DNA of 64,000 nucleotides, from NCBI GenBank assembly GCA_963693365.1, contig CAVNZM010000015.1, forward strand, positions 1,240,001 to 1,304,000, written 5' to 3'. The notes under the pieces are model-generated. The model saw only the letters and a program-made list of their open reading frames with translations, was not told the DNA's origin and searched no databases. Origin of the DNA: Amoebidium appalachense (Eukaryota; Protista; Ichthyosporea). Shown here piece by piece: positions 1-29,790 of this stretch. The first letter of the stretch is position 1. Each line of letters opens with the position of its first letter. The position numbers and the translations under genes are program-made.

Positions 1-64
1 GAGATCGGATGATAACCGGCTAAAAAAATCCAATAATTGATAATAATTTACAAAAATAAAAAAC

Positions 65-260
65 ATAAACCCAATAACCATAACCCTATGTGTGTCTGGG
101 CCCTAAATGGGGGGGCTGCCGCCCCCCCAACCCCCCGCTAAGGGGCCTGACGGCCCCTTTATGTCGCTTGGGGATCGAATCGTTCTCCCCTGATTTTACG
201 TCATCGGATCGTGTTTTGTCCAATCAGGTGCGCGGGGACTTCCGGCGTATGGACTTAGGT
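65..260. mobile_element. Possible Helitron/Helentron-like non-autonomous repeat end
   Basis: An AACCATAACCCTA-type tract, then the GGGGGGCTGCCGCCCCCC..ACCCCCCGCT motif and a perfect hairpin AAGGGGCC-TGAC-GGCCCCTT at 140-159. Family assignment is by resemblance only. Confidence 0.35.
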
Positions 261-330
261 GGGGGGGGGGCGGAAGGAGGTCAACAGAGGATTGTGGGAG
301 AGAACGCTAGAGGAGGGGAGGGTGTGTGTT

Positions 331-361
<31 letters not shown>

Positions 362-796
362 AGGGGGGGGGAGGGGGGGAGGGAGGGGGGGGGACCTCTC
401 AATTGTATGATGCTGAACCCGACTCTTATCTTTCACGAAAATTCAAAATCTCTCAAGCCATGCTACCTCAACCCCTTTTACTAATTTTCCCTCACGTTTA
501 AAAACTCATTTACCCTACCCTACTTCCCTCCCCCCCGCCCCACCCCCCTCCCCCCGGTTCTTTTTGCCCTGCACACAACACACCACCAACCAACATAGAA
601 CTCTTCGTTGATTTGTGTGCATGTGGGCTTCGTGTTTATGATCGTAAGCATGTATTAAATAGTTATTGCAATAAGGAATGCATTTTTGAGAACAAACCCC
701 CTCTTTTCTCTCATTCATTGCAACTTTTTTGTTCTCTCCGCCTCTTCCCCCCTTCCCCCCCTCCCCCTCCCCCCCCCCCCCCCCCCGGATATTTAC

Positions 797-839
<43 letters not shown>

Positions 840-842
840 CAG

Positions 843-1371
843 TAAGTTTGACCCAAATGCCAAAGTCTTTGTGATGAAAACGGAAGATCAGGCTTCACAG
901 TTTGTTCCTCAGGTATAAAACGAACCCCCCCCCCCCCCCCCCCCCCCCCCCAAGAAAACACTTTACTGCTGGCAGAGGCTGAAGTGGAGGGGGTAGAGTT
1001 TGGGGAGGGGGGAAGGGGGTGGGTGGGTGGTGGGGGGGGGGGGGGAGGGGGGAAGTGTGGGAGGTGGGCGCCGGGGGGAGGGGGGGGGGAGGGGGGGGGG
1101 GGTATACAGGAGGAAACACGGGAACACAGTATTTGGTGTAAACGCGCGTGAATCCCTGATGACGGGTTCGGTTCTGAGTCACTTTTTTGCCTTCTTCCTC
1201 CTTTTTCTTTTAGACCGAAAGCCTGAAATATTATCTGCGTGTCTTTCCGATTCTCTGACACCCTCTATTTAAATCCTCGGGAGTACCTCCACCCACCTCA
1301 CATATACCTGCCCACATCTCAAACCTCTCGTCTCAATTCGAATCATCCGCTCATTTTGCACCCGCCCCTCC

Positions 1372-1415
<44 letters not shown>

Positions 1416-1419
1416 CAAC

Positions 1420-1493
<74 letters not shown>

Positions 1494-1518
1494 CACACAC
1501 ACACACACACACACACAA

Positions 1519-1554
<36 letters not shown>

Positions 1555-1996
1555 ACACACGCACGCACCAAACCACCACCACCCCACCACCCCCACCCCT
1601 GGCACCACCACCGCCAACTTCTCTGCTTGTCCCTACATCCCACTGAGATTGCCACCACTCACATTATAAAGTTTTATATATTGCAAAACACCACTCACAC
1701 CACCGCCACCACAGGTTAAAATCTTAAAGCGCCAATCACCATCGTCGCCAGGCAGTAGCACCGCAGCCACCGTGAGAAACATTGTGGGTGCCGTGACGTC
1801 ATCACCATCCGCCAACGCCCAAAAAACGCTAGAACAGAGGGAGCAGGATTACGCAAAGGCCCGCGCGCGAATTTTCGGCGAAAATTCAAACACCACGGGG
1901 GGCCCCAAGACTATGCAAGAGAAGGAGGAGGCTTATGCGGCGGCGAGAGCGAGAATTTTCGCTGATAGTCAACCAGGTATGTTGGGGACAGAACCC

Positions 1997-2070
<74 letters not shown>

Positions 2071-2379
2071 ACTTCTTGTGCCTCTTAAGACTATGCATAC
2101 CGTCTTGCATCTGGCTCTGCCTATCATACCTCGAGGCAGAATGACCCATAATTACTTCAAAATGCAAATGTGACTATACACGTTCCAGCAATACGTGTCA
2201 ACGTAGGCCCTCGAAGCCATTCTAGGAGATATTTACTGGTTTTTCTGGTTCTGTTCTTGTCGTTTCTTCCATGCAAGCTCGCCACCCACTAATCCATCGA
2301 TATCCATTCTCTCTCTCTCCCCCCCCCCCCTCCCCCCCCCCCCTCTTCTCCGTCCCCAACACACATACACACACACGCG

Positions 2380-2437
<58 letters not shown>

Positions 2438-2556
2438 AAACACCTGCAGCCCCAAAATCCTCTCCCAGGCTGTCAGCCAAGTTGCCTCCAAACGTCATTC
2501 GAGAGCCAGCCGGTCCGGACGGCACACGCGGGTTTAAAGCAAAGAGGAAAAACTGA
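843..2556 (+). CDS. SUZ domain / SUZ-C motif protein (SZRD1-like) with PAM2-like motif; 5' exon(s) not identified
   Basis: Phase-consistent GT-AG exons: 843-912 ([13 protein letters not shown]2-like), 1715-1976 (VKILKR...[19 protein letters not shown] and a second [21 protein letters not shown] core) and 2450-2556 ([19 protein letters not shown]; TGA at 2554-2556). Confidence 0.85.
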
Positions 2557-3021
2557 AACGGTTTCCCCTAATGAATGATCAACTTGAATTTTAATAGTTT
2601 GATTTTAGTTTTGTTTTTTGCCAGTGTAGATTAGTGCGCGGGGACCGGTGTGGTACCGTGTCATAATCCCGTGGATGATGTTGGGTGATGATGTACGTAG
2701 GCGGTGTGGTCGTTTGTCTGGTGTGTTCTTGCCTCCATACTCCCCCCCCCCCCCCCCCCCCCCCACCCACCCACCCACACACAAGCTGACAACACGTGCA
2801 CATAAACATGTTTCGAGAGAAACTCAACCGATTGGAGGGAGGGGGGAGAGGGGGGGGGAGAGAGGGGGGGGGGAGGGGGGAGTCGTTCATGAATTACACT
2901 TGTCAAATTCTTTGTATTTTAGCGAATGCTTTTCCAAGGCTTGGTGGTTCTACTAGTACGTCTTACTGGTATCACAGCATGTAGCACCGACATGCACACA
3001 CACACACGCGCACGCACACGC

Positions 3022-3061
<40 letters not shown>

Positions 3062-4544
3062 ACACACAAGCACAGCAGATGTATATATGGAAGGTAACGT
3101 CTTTCTCCAGGCCTGCTGGGAAAGGAAAGACAAAGCAAGACATTGAACACACACTCTTCCTTGTTCAACAAGCCATTGAAAGTGCAATATAAATATAAAT
3201 TGACTAGTGTTGCATAATTTGTCAAGAGGGGCTCACATAGACTAAATACACGCACCGAAGGCTTATTTCACGTTAATCACATTGATTCTGCAGCTGGAAA
3301 AATCGGGGGGGGGGGGGGGCTTATGGAGCCTCGGAGCATGGGCAAATGTGTGAAAAGACTGAAGAGCAAAGAAAGAAAGAAAGAAAGATGTTTATTAATC
3401 TACAAGGGGTGTCTTCGTTTAGGCGAGATCCCAACGAGATCCACTCATGGGGATGCCCGGAGGGGGGAAGGGGGGAAGAGGGGGGGGGATAGGCCCGAGC
3501 TCTAATAAATATTCAACACCCAGCTTCGGTCTGGGATGTGACTCAAGCTGGTATATGCCATGATGCACATTTCCACACTTACCCAAAGTCATATGATGAT
3601 CCACTTGCATATCTCAACTTAGGATCCATTTATTTGCACAGCCGTTAATTGGCAGGGAGGAAACCGTTCACGTATATATACCCAGACACATGTAAGCAAT
3701 ATCTCCTGTGCACCTTATTGTTTAGCTGGTTTATGCGAAGTCTCCCGTGTATAAGCATAATACGCTGTAGGGTCTGAATCATTACTATGCCTACATATTT
3801 GAGCAGAGCATTCGGCCTGTACACCAACCAACGCACCACACAACACAAAACACACACCTACAACACATTTGAAAAAACCCATACAACACAAACGATGTAA
3901 CAACAACCTTAGTACTTGTATACAAATACACATTGTAAAATATTAATCTTAGATTAGTTCGTTGTGTCAGGTATCCTACGTGCATGCCGGATACAGGTAG
4001 GGAGGTGGGTGGGGCAAACCACATGCGTATGGTTGTGTATTAGGGATATTTCTGCTCTCTATTGCTCATGAGATGTTTACACATTGCTGATGTTTAATAC
4101 CTAAAATGTTTACGTTTGCACACCAATACATGTCCTGTGTCCTGCACCGTGTTTCTCATCGTAGCTATAGGTGTGCTTCGTCACCTGTCTTGCATCCCCC
4201 ATCCCGCATTCCCTCCCTTCATTCCCCCCCCCCCTCCCCCCCCCCCCCCCCCCCCCCCACCCACCCACCCACCCACACAAACACACACACACACACACAC
4301 ACACATACATACACACACCACACACACACACAAATTAAATAAATAAATAAATAGAAAAGAAAAAGAAAAAAGAAAAGTAAAAAATAAAAAGAAAAAACCA
4401 CCACCACCACCCCACCCCACCACCACCACGGGCTGCACCAATTTGAAGATACTAAAATGCACGTTCATGCAGAAGCGAACCCGATAGGGGAAACAAAGAG
4501 AAACAACGACACGGAAAACCAACAAGGAAAGAAAAAGGGAGGGG

Positions 4545-4575
<31 letters not shown>

Positions 4576-5065
4576 GGGGGGGGGGGGATGCCTATCCATA
4601 AGCATAGCGTTTCCCCCCTTGCCGGTTGTTTCCACCCTGCCAGCTGTGTGAATACATGGAGTAAGTATAGGTACTATGATAACGGTGGATATACAACAGA
4701 AAATTTGAAGAAAATTTGAAAAATCAATACATATGATGGTTGGTTTAGACCTCTTGGGGTACAAAAAGTTGAAGAATTTAGAAAAATTCGATCATATACG
4801 ATTGAATATTTCTATATTTTCAGTGTGTATGTGGTGGAAATAAATACCCTTTTGAATATAAGTGGTGAATAATCGTTAGTGGTAGACATGTGGTGTGTTT
4901 AAAAATATATGGTGAGAAGTTAGGATATCTACTGTGCTTGATATGCCCATAATTCTCATTATATCAGATATACATGTGAGGATGTTAGAGCACTATCCGC
5001 AATTTCATTAATCCATATGGTGGACATATCAGGAAGAAATACCAGATATATCTCTGTATCTATTT

Positions 5066-21610
<16,545 letters not shown>

Positions 21611-22762
21611 TCTCTACGTATTGTGTCGGTGGCGGGAGGGGTTTAAGCCCACCCAAAGCCACACAGCAAGGTTAAACTTGTTTTGACTAAAGACGTTTGT
21701 GTGAGTGCATCTCTGGTCCGCAAAGCAAAAGCTTTGCAAAGTTATGACCCCTTTATTCCAAAGCGAGTCCGCACGCCCTTCCTGCTATCTCTCACTCCTC
21801 GAAATGAAACATGGGATCATAACACACTAAATCTGCCTGATAAACAAGCTTGTAACGTCCACCTTGACAGAGTTCTATGTACATGTACATGTGGAGACAT
21901 CGACTCATTAATCACTCTGCCAAATTCTGTCCCACAATCAAATGCATTTCCAGTGTGAATGACTTTTCCAGAGGAGGGTAAAAATCCTCTTATGCACTAC
22001 AGACGAGCAAATCCCTCCGCGGGGAAGTGGCACAAGTCTACATTTCCGCCTCTAGTTCGTCTCAGACGGAGGTCATAGGGACTCCACCCGGAAGGCATAA
22101 CTCTGTGGCCTCATCTGGACTAAAATCACCCTGCACATTTGTTGAGAAACTAATTAGCCTATTTGCAGAAAACACACTTGCTCCATTCGTTATATATCAA
22201 CTTGTTCACCTCACATCACATCGTTCTCCTAATATCACACACCACATCGTTGTGACTTTTGATCATTGTTGTTGAGCTAACGCTGAAGTTTAATCCAAAA
22301 AGCCCGCTCATTACTCATCACGCCACACATACTTAGACTCACCTCATACGCCTCGATTTCGTGCTCAAACGAGCAAAACCTGCTTGCTTTTCTGATCTTC
22401 GTTCATACATTCTTCCTTAGACGCGTTCAATTAAACAAACTGAGAACACACCTCAAGCCGCAGGCCTCTACATAGCAAACCTGTTTGCATGGCCGTCTTT
22501 CTATCAACCTGCCCTAAAAACGACGAAAGGACAACCTGAACTTGCAAAGCTCGCCCCTACCGGCAACTGCACTTTCATGTGAACACCATTACAGCCATAC
22601 TGAAAACGGAACAGCCCTTTAGGCTAAAAAATTAAACTCTACAGAATAATCTTTCCGCTTGCGGACAGGTTTGCTCAGTGTAGCAACGCATTAGGGAGAG
22701 AAGCTCTCTTGCTATCATTTACAAGCTTGGTCGCAGTCAACATCTATTACACGCATCCAAAA

Positions 22763-24719
22763 ATGCTTGGCCCACTAGTTTCCCTCCCTGTGCGTTTCAT
22801 CCAGCTCCGCCGCACCATGCAGAGAGCTGCTTCTACCTGTGTGCCTGCAGGGTATGGTGTCTCGCTGGCGGTCAGAGGCATACACATTGCCCCGTGTGCA
22901 ACCAATACAGGCATTAAATACCACACATACAAAACAACAGCGAGCAAGAGCTACAGTTCCAAGGCCGGCAACCCTTTGAGGTAAGGGTCAGGATCACGTC
23001 GTGCAGCAGAGCTCGAGACACATCTTCAATAGAATGTATATACGAATGCACCGTTAGAACTGTTTAGGTACATATAAAGAAAAACAAATCTTTTCCTCCG
23101 GTTTTCCCTTTTTTCCGTCTTTTTTTTCCCCTTTGTCTTTTCCCCCGCTCTTGGTGCACAGCCTCAGTCTCAGACTCGCAAGTTATGCAGTCGTGGTCTA
23201 CGCGCTCACTGATTGGTCACGGCTATTGTTAGCCAAATATAGCTACATTTTGGTGCTAGTCAGTCTTTTGATTGGTAGTCCGATTGAAATGGCGGGATGA
23301 TAAGCCAATAAAATGCCCCCTGTGTCATGCACAAAAATATTTGGCGACAAGTGCACAAAGAGCTCAGGCATAAAAGTTCACCAAGGTTTTTTTTTGGCTT
23401 CCATTTGTTTTGCTCCCTGTTACGGCACAACTCTATTGGTGTAAATGATGACCGCATCTAAGTGAGTGTGAACGGAACTGGGACATTCGAAATTAGCAGC
23501 ATGCGTTCTATTATGATCTCAAAACACACATGCTAACCGAACACCTTGAAAATGGAAGGAACTAACTTGTGACAAACAGGCACACCACACAGTCAACATT
23601 TGAACATGCACGTTGGGCCTTCTTTGCACAAGTAGCTTACGCTTTGTTGCCGGTGTGTACATGAGCACTCTGTTACAGATGAGCTCTAAGCCAGTGCGAG
23701 GACGTATACTTAGGAAGCACTAGCATATGACACTCAGACATGCACGATGTAGACCCAAGTTCTTCTTAACACACAAGCTATTCACCTGCAGAAAATACAG
23801 ACCGAAGCAAAAATCATATTGCCCTGTTCTGAGATGATCCAGGTTGTGTGAGGCAACTTGCTTGTTGGAGCTGTAGGCAGGCCAGTTGTCTTAAACAGGT
23901 ACAAATGTTGTGCATCTTTTCGTTTTCTCACCTGTGCCTACCCACCCACCAGTGTTGTGGCGCCCCAGGAGGTGCTTGATTTCTGGTTCCAGGCCGGCAC
24001 AAACACCTTCAATGGACCCCTGTGGTTTGGTTCAAGTGCGCAGATTGATGAACTGGTGAAGGAGAAATTCGGGGCCACGGTGGAGGCCGCACTGAAAGGT
24101 GTGTGGGTTCACGTGTTAGCCGATAAGGGAAAGGTTGGGGGGGGGGGGGGGGGGGGGGGGTTGGGGGTTGGGGGCTGTGGCTGTTATGGGTAGGTGGGAT
24201 GGACGGAAGGCAGGGAGAGTGGGCGAGGGAGGAGGGGGTTAAGGGGGGGAGGGGGGAGGGTAGAGGGAGCATGTGGGTGGGTGGTTGGTGGGAAACGGGT
24301 TGCATTGGGACCTGGGGGTTTGGAGTGGATGCAAGAAGGGGATGACGAGGGAGGGGTTGTGTTGTGTGTTTGTCACGTGGGGCAGGCAGAGAAGGGGGGG
24401 GGGAGGGGGGGGTAGCAGGGACGTTGATGGGTAAGAGTTATGCAGGTGTCTTTGTGTCTGTGCTTTCAAACGTTTTTGTACTTGCCTCTGTCTCTTCGGT
24501 GAAAAGTTTTGGTGGTGGCCCAGTTGCAGAAAAGGGGAGGGTGGGGGGTGGGGGGGAAAGAACGGGACGGGGGGAATTTGAAGGCTTAAGGGGGGAAGGG
24601 GAGGGGGGGGGAGGGAGGGGGAGGAGGACCCCTGTGCCGTGCCTGTAATAGGTCTTGTTTATATTGGGCCTCATTTATAACATGGGTGGGTGGCTGTGTT
24701 TGTTGGGGGAGCGCGCGCG

Positions 24720-24750
<31 letters not shown>

Positions 24751-25033
24751 TATCGTACAATAGAACCCGTTACGGTAGCTGCAAAGGGTCTGGGGGGGTA
24801 GCTTGGAGTACCTTGCATTTACTTATATAATTGTGTTTCTCACGCTCTCTACCGCAGGAGATCTGAAGGATTGGGAGGAGAAGCCAAAGTCACTGCTTGC
24901 AGAGGTTGTCCTTCTTGACCAGGTATCTTTTGCATTCCTTCCCCTTTCCCCCTCCCCTCTCTCTCTCCCTCCATCCCTCCCTCCATCCCTCCCTCTCTCT
25001 CTCTGCCTCCCTCCCTCCCTCTCTCTCTCTCCT

Positions 25034-25095
<62 letters not shown>

Positions 25096-25983
25096 CCCCC
25101 CTCCCCCCCCCTCTCTCTCCCTTGCGGTCATTCTCTCCCCCCTCCCACCCCCCCCCACCCCCGTCCCCGCCCCCTCACCTCTCACCCCCTCTCATCCTTG
25201 ACTCTTCTTCGTCAATTGTGCCCGAACCCTGCACCTCTAACCAACAGACCCATTATAGATGTAGGTATGAAAGGTATGTCCTACCAAATTTCGAACACGC
25301 CAAAGTCAAGCATTGATCTAAATCAGGACAATCTTTTAAGGGGGTATCTTTTAGGCCAAATTCATAGGTCCATTCGGGTAAGGCCAAAATGCTTTTTGAT
25401 GCGCACCTTGCCAATCACAAAGCTTAAATCTCTTTCGGGTCTGACCGGACGCGGATTCCTAGAAGAAACCCCCTTTAACCCATTTTAAATTTAGGTATGA
25501 AAGGGATGTCCTACCAAATCTCGAACACACCGAAGTCAAACATGACCTAAATTATGACTATCTTTAACCATTGCCTGTTTCCATTTGCAGTTTACCCGCA
25601 TGATATACCGCGGGAAACCAGAGGCTTTCTCTGGTGACTCTTCGGCACTAGCGCTATGCAAGAAAGCAATTAGTGACACGGAGACATACAACAAGGCCTA
25701 TGCTACGATGGAGAAGGTGTTTCTGCTGGTGCCTTTTATGCACAGTGAGAAGCTGGTAGACCACGATGAAGGGTATGGGCATGGTTCTAGTTTTCTTGTT
25801 GTTTTGTTTTGTTTTCTTTTTTTGCCCGAATGGGGGGGGAGGAGGGGGGGGGGGGGGAGGGGGGGATGGGATGGGATGGGATGGGATGGGGATAGGTGTC
25901 AGGGAGGAGGGATGAGGGGGGAAGGAGGGGGGGGGGGGGGGGGTGATAGTTTGGGTAGGACGGGACGGGCGTCTCGAGAAGAA

Positions 25984-26031
<48 letters not shown>

Positions 26032-26555
26032 GTGTATTTTGTGACGGCTGTGGCTGACAGGTGTTGGGGGGAAAGGGCATGGGGGGGGGGGGGGGGGAAA
26101 GAGAAATGGATGGAACGGATCACGTCCTCTATTGTGTGCCTGTTGAGTGACAAAGCACCACCTGTCGGAATCCCCCCCTCCCCCCCCCCCCCCCCCCCCC
26201 CCCTCCCCTCGCCGTGTGTGTGTGTATGTGTGTGTGTGTGTGTCTGTGTGTGAGTTGAATGCATTATGATGAAGGCCGGCCCAACCAATCACACCACTAA
26301 AAGCACCACGAGACCGATACGCTGCCGTTTCTCAAAGCTCCCGCATACCAACCCCAGTCTAGTCTCTCTCCTCTTTGATGTTTTCTTCTGTGGACAGCTG
26401 ATAACCCTCTTTGTTTCATAAATTTGCCCCCCCCCCCCTTCCTCCTCCTCCCTCCATCCACCCACCCATTCCCCTTCTGTACATTTGCCTTCCCTTCAAG
26501 CTGTCCCATCACCGGCACTGCCACCGTCTTTCCCACAAGCCAACAACACTCACAT

Positions 26556-26587
<32 letters not shown>

Positions 26588-26680
26588 AGTGTGCGCTCAC
26601 ACACAAGCACCGAAACACCAGCGCATACATACACACATTCACAACATACAGCTACACACGCGCGCGCACACGCACACACC

Positions 26681-26733
<53 letters not shown>

Positions 26734-27495
26734 CATATCCCATATCGTAGCCACCCAGAAGTATGTTGAAGCCCAGGGTGACGAGGGAGGTGCCAAGTCA
26801 CTTGGGGGTGTTCTGAAATTTGCTGAGGAACACAGAGTAAGAACCCCCCTTTCCCCCCCCCCTGCTCCCCCCCCCCCCCCCTCCCCCTCCCCTCCCCCAC
26901 CACCAACCTCTCTCCCCGTCCTGGTCATCACAACGAATAAAACACACGACCGTCTTTCATGTCACAGTGAGAAAAACGAAGAAAAGCAAAATGATAACAA
27001 AAAAGTCGAGGAAAGGCCAAGATGCAAACGGAGACTCGAAGGAAAGTCCAATAAGTAATAATCGGTTATAATGAATTCTAAAACAGGTAGTAAAAAAGGA
27101 ACTGAGCAGAGACGACATGGGCAGTTACATACACCAGTGCCTGGAGCTGCCTGCACTGTGAGGGAAAATACTTCCACCTGAGTCAACCATTCCTTTCTTT
27201 CTTAGGGAACGCCGCTCAGATGGCGCCCAAATATCAATCTAACATTCATTTGACGTCTTAGGTAACGATTGCTCGGTTTGGGTTGTTACATCTAATCCAG
27301 ACATTCCTTTTCCCTTTTTAGGGATCATTTGTTCAGTTTTGGCGCACAACCAACTCCAGTCTAACATTCCTTTTCCTTTTTTAGGTAACCGTTGCTCGGT
27401 TTGGGCGCTACCCGCACCGCAACAAAGCCATGGGCCGTGAAACCACCCCCGAGGAAGTGGAGTATTTGGAATCAGCCAATCGCTACGGCCAATAG
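22763..27495 (+). CDS. DUF924 family protein; alternative first exons 22763-22980 or 23445-23461
   Basis: Shared exons: 23953-24098 (EVLDFWF...WF...D), 24858-24922 (LAEVVLLDQ), 25591-25772 (FTRMIYRG...AF..D; PFMHSE), 26734-26836 and 27385-27495 (RFGRYPHRNKAMGRETTPEE, TAG). These are hallmark DUF924 motifs and the phases are consistent. Confidence 0.92.
23205..23315 (+). promoter_or_regulatory. Putative internal promoter (CCAAT-box cluster) for the short DUF924 first exon
   Basis: GATTGG at about 23210 and 23270 and AGCCAAT at about 23303, 140-240 bp upstream of ATG 23445. Confidence 0.4.
25339..25474. mobile_element. TTAA-flanked MITE, shorter member of the same family
   Basis: AGGGGGTATCTTTTAGG ... 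CCTAGAAGAAACCCCCT with TTAA at both ends (left copy overlaps the first base). It sits between two direct repeats of about 90 bp. Confidence 0.8.
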
Positions 27496-28307
27496 TCGTC
27501 ATGCCATTTTCTTATTGGTTACGAATCATCCAATAGGATTGGTATATGTATTGTTTTTTTTTGCTCAGATTGGCAGTGTGCTATTGTGGTCCGCAGTGAT
27601 TATTGATCGGCGGTTTGCTAGGAAGTGCACGCAAGTAATTTGAAAAAATTGTCTGTGTTTCTTTTGCGTGCTGGGAAAACCCAAGTTCCAAATATGCGAT
27701 AGATATCGTATTGCGTGTTCCAATACCAATTGAAGTCCATTTGATGATCGAAATGGAGGTGTTATCACAGTTAAATATCGTTATGTCTGGGTTGATGGTA
27801 TGTATATTAAGTTGACTGAAACCGGGTGCTAATTGGTTTCAAATCTGTTGCTTGGATTACGGATTGTTAATAGTGTGTGTGTAAATCTAATCATGGATTG
27901 ATATTTTCGCCGCTGGTGGACCTGAGTGGCAGGGTTAGTTGGACAAGACGTCACTCGTTAACGAAGAGCACCATATTTGTCATCCAAGAACACCTAAAAT
28001 TCAAAAATCATCCTTCTAAGATCTATAGCCTAGAGTAAGAGTAGAGTGAAGACACAAAAAGCACAAAATAAAGAAACAAAGAAGAATGTGATTACTCCAT
28101 GGGTAAACCGCAAACCAAAATATTACAAATAGAAACCAAAAGCCTCAAGCATGTATCCAAGCATGTTGACATTTGTTTTTTGGCACCACCACCCCATCCT
28201 GGTCATAACTTAGAACTACCCGGTAGCCAACTCGGCACCCTGCAGCAGCCGCTCCTCCCCCCCTCCCCCCCCCCCCCCCCCTGCTGCCCCATCCCCACGC
28301 AAACGCT

Positions 28308-28345
<38 letters not shown>

Positions 28346-28377
28346 TGTACACAGGCACACACAAACACACGCAAACA

Positions 28378-28419
<42 letters not shown>

Positions 28420-28450
28420 CACAGGCACACACAAACACACACAAACACAA

Positions 28451-28485
<35 letters not shown>

Positions 28486-28839
28486 AAACATTCAACACAA
28501 ATACACACACATATCACACACACACACACACTCGCATACATACACACAGACAGCAATATTGCTGGCATCTGCCGTAACTACCCTGTGCCTGACTGCTCCA
28601 ATTTGTATCGGTGTAATTGCACGATCTGAGCTTCCGCGGACTTCCGCACGCAAAGAACCTATCACTGCCATGGGGCGTTCTAATTGGGTGCAGGTACATA
28701 TGAGAGTCAATTTTCATAATGACCATGGATACCAGTGGGGTACTTTACCATCTGGGGGGGTCCTGCATGGGGTTCTTTCAGCGTCGTATTGCAGCTGACC
28801 GCTTCTAATAGCACACCAACGAGAAACATCAACTTATAA

Positions 28840-28870
<31 letters not shown>

Positions 28871-29529
28871 ATATGGCCCCCCCCCCCCCCCCCCCCAAAA
28901 AAAAAGGCCCCCACCACCGTATCATCCTCCCTCCTTGCGACTCCCGTATGTTGCGTCTAAGACTATGTATGCTTTTCATTCCTCATATCTGATCCACTCC
29001 ACTGCAGTGTTTCCCGTAAACATGATAGTGCACCACTCAAAACCATCAACCTGCCCCTTCCCCTTCCCCCCCCCCCCCCCCCCTCCCCCTTCCCCCCCCC
29101 CCCCCCCCCCCCCTCCCCCTCTCTCTCCCCACCATCCGCCCAAAACAAAAAATAAAGATAAAAAAATGCAAAAAAAAATGTAAAAAAAAAAAAAAAATGC
29201 AAAAAAGAAGTATCTTAGTCCCTGGCCATTCTACCTTCATCAACTTGTGTTTACTTGCGGTCGTGCCTACCCAATTTTCACACCTTCTCCATACGGACCC
29301 GACCCACCACCATCATAAATGTTCAAATATGTCAGAGCCAGCCACCTAAATGATGGCAGCACCGAAAGTACGCTATATTAGTTAGGATGCTATCTATGTG
29401 CTCAGCTGAGCCAAACGATTCTTCACAAACCTAACTATTAATACACTCTTTGCCCAGGATTACTACCCCAGCCATGCCGGCAGCTGCAGGAGCAATCTTA
29501 GCAGGGCTGATTCTAGATTTTGGGGTGAG

Positions 29530-29560
<31 letters not shown>

Positions 29561-29604
29561 ACGGGCAGGCCTGTTCTACAGCACTTTCGATAAATCGGCA
29601 TTTT

Positions 29605-29672
<68 letters not shown>

Positions 29673-29737
29673 TTTGTTTTTGTTTTGTTTGCCAAAATTA
29701 ACTACTCTTTGTGTTCGGTGGTCGGTGGTGGTGTCTT

Positions 29738-29790
<53 letters not shown>

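Noticed and set aside
2926-4100. Short ORFs between the SUZ and XRN genes
   Set aside because: No family motifs or convincing splice chain; more likely UTR or degenerate repeats.
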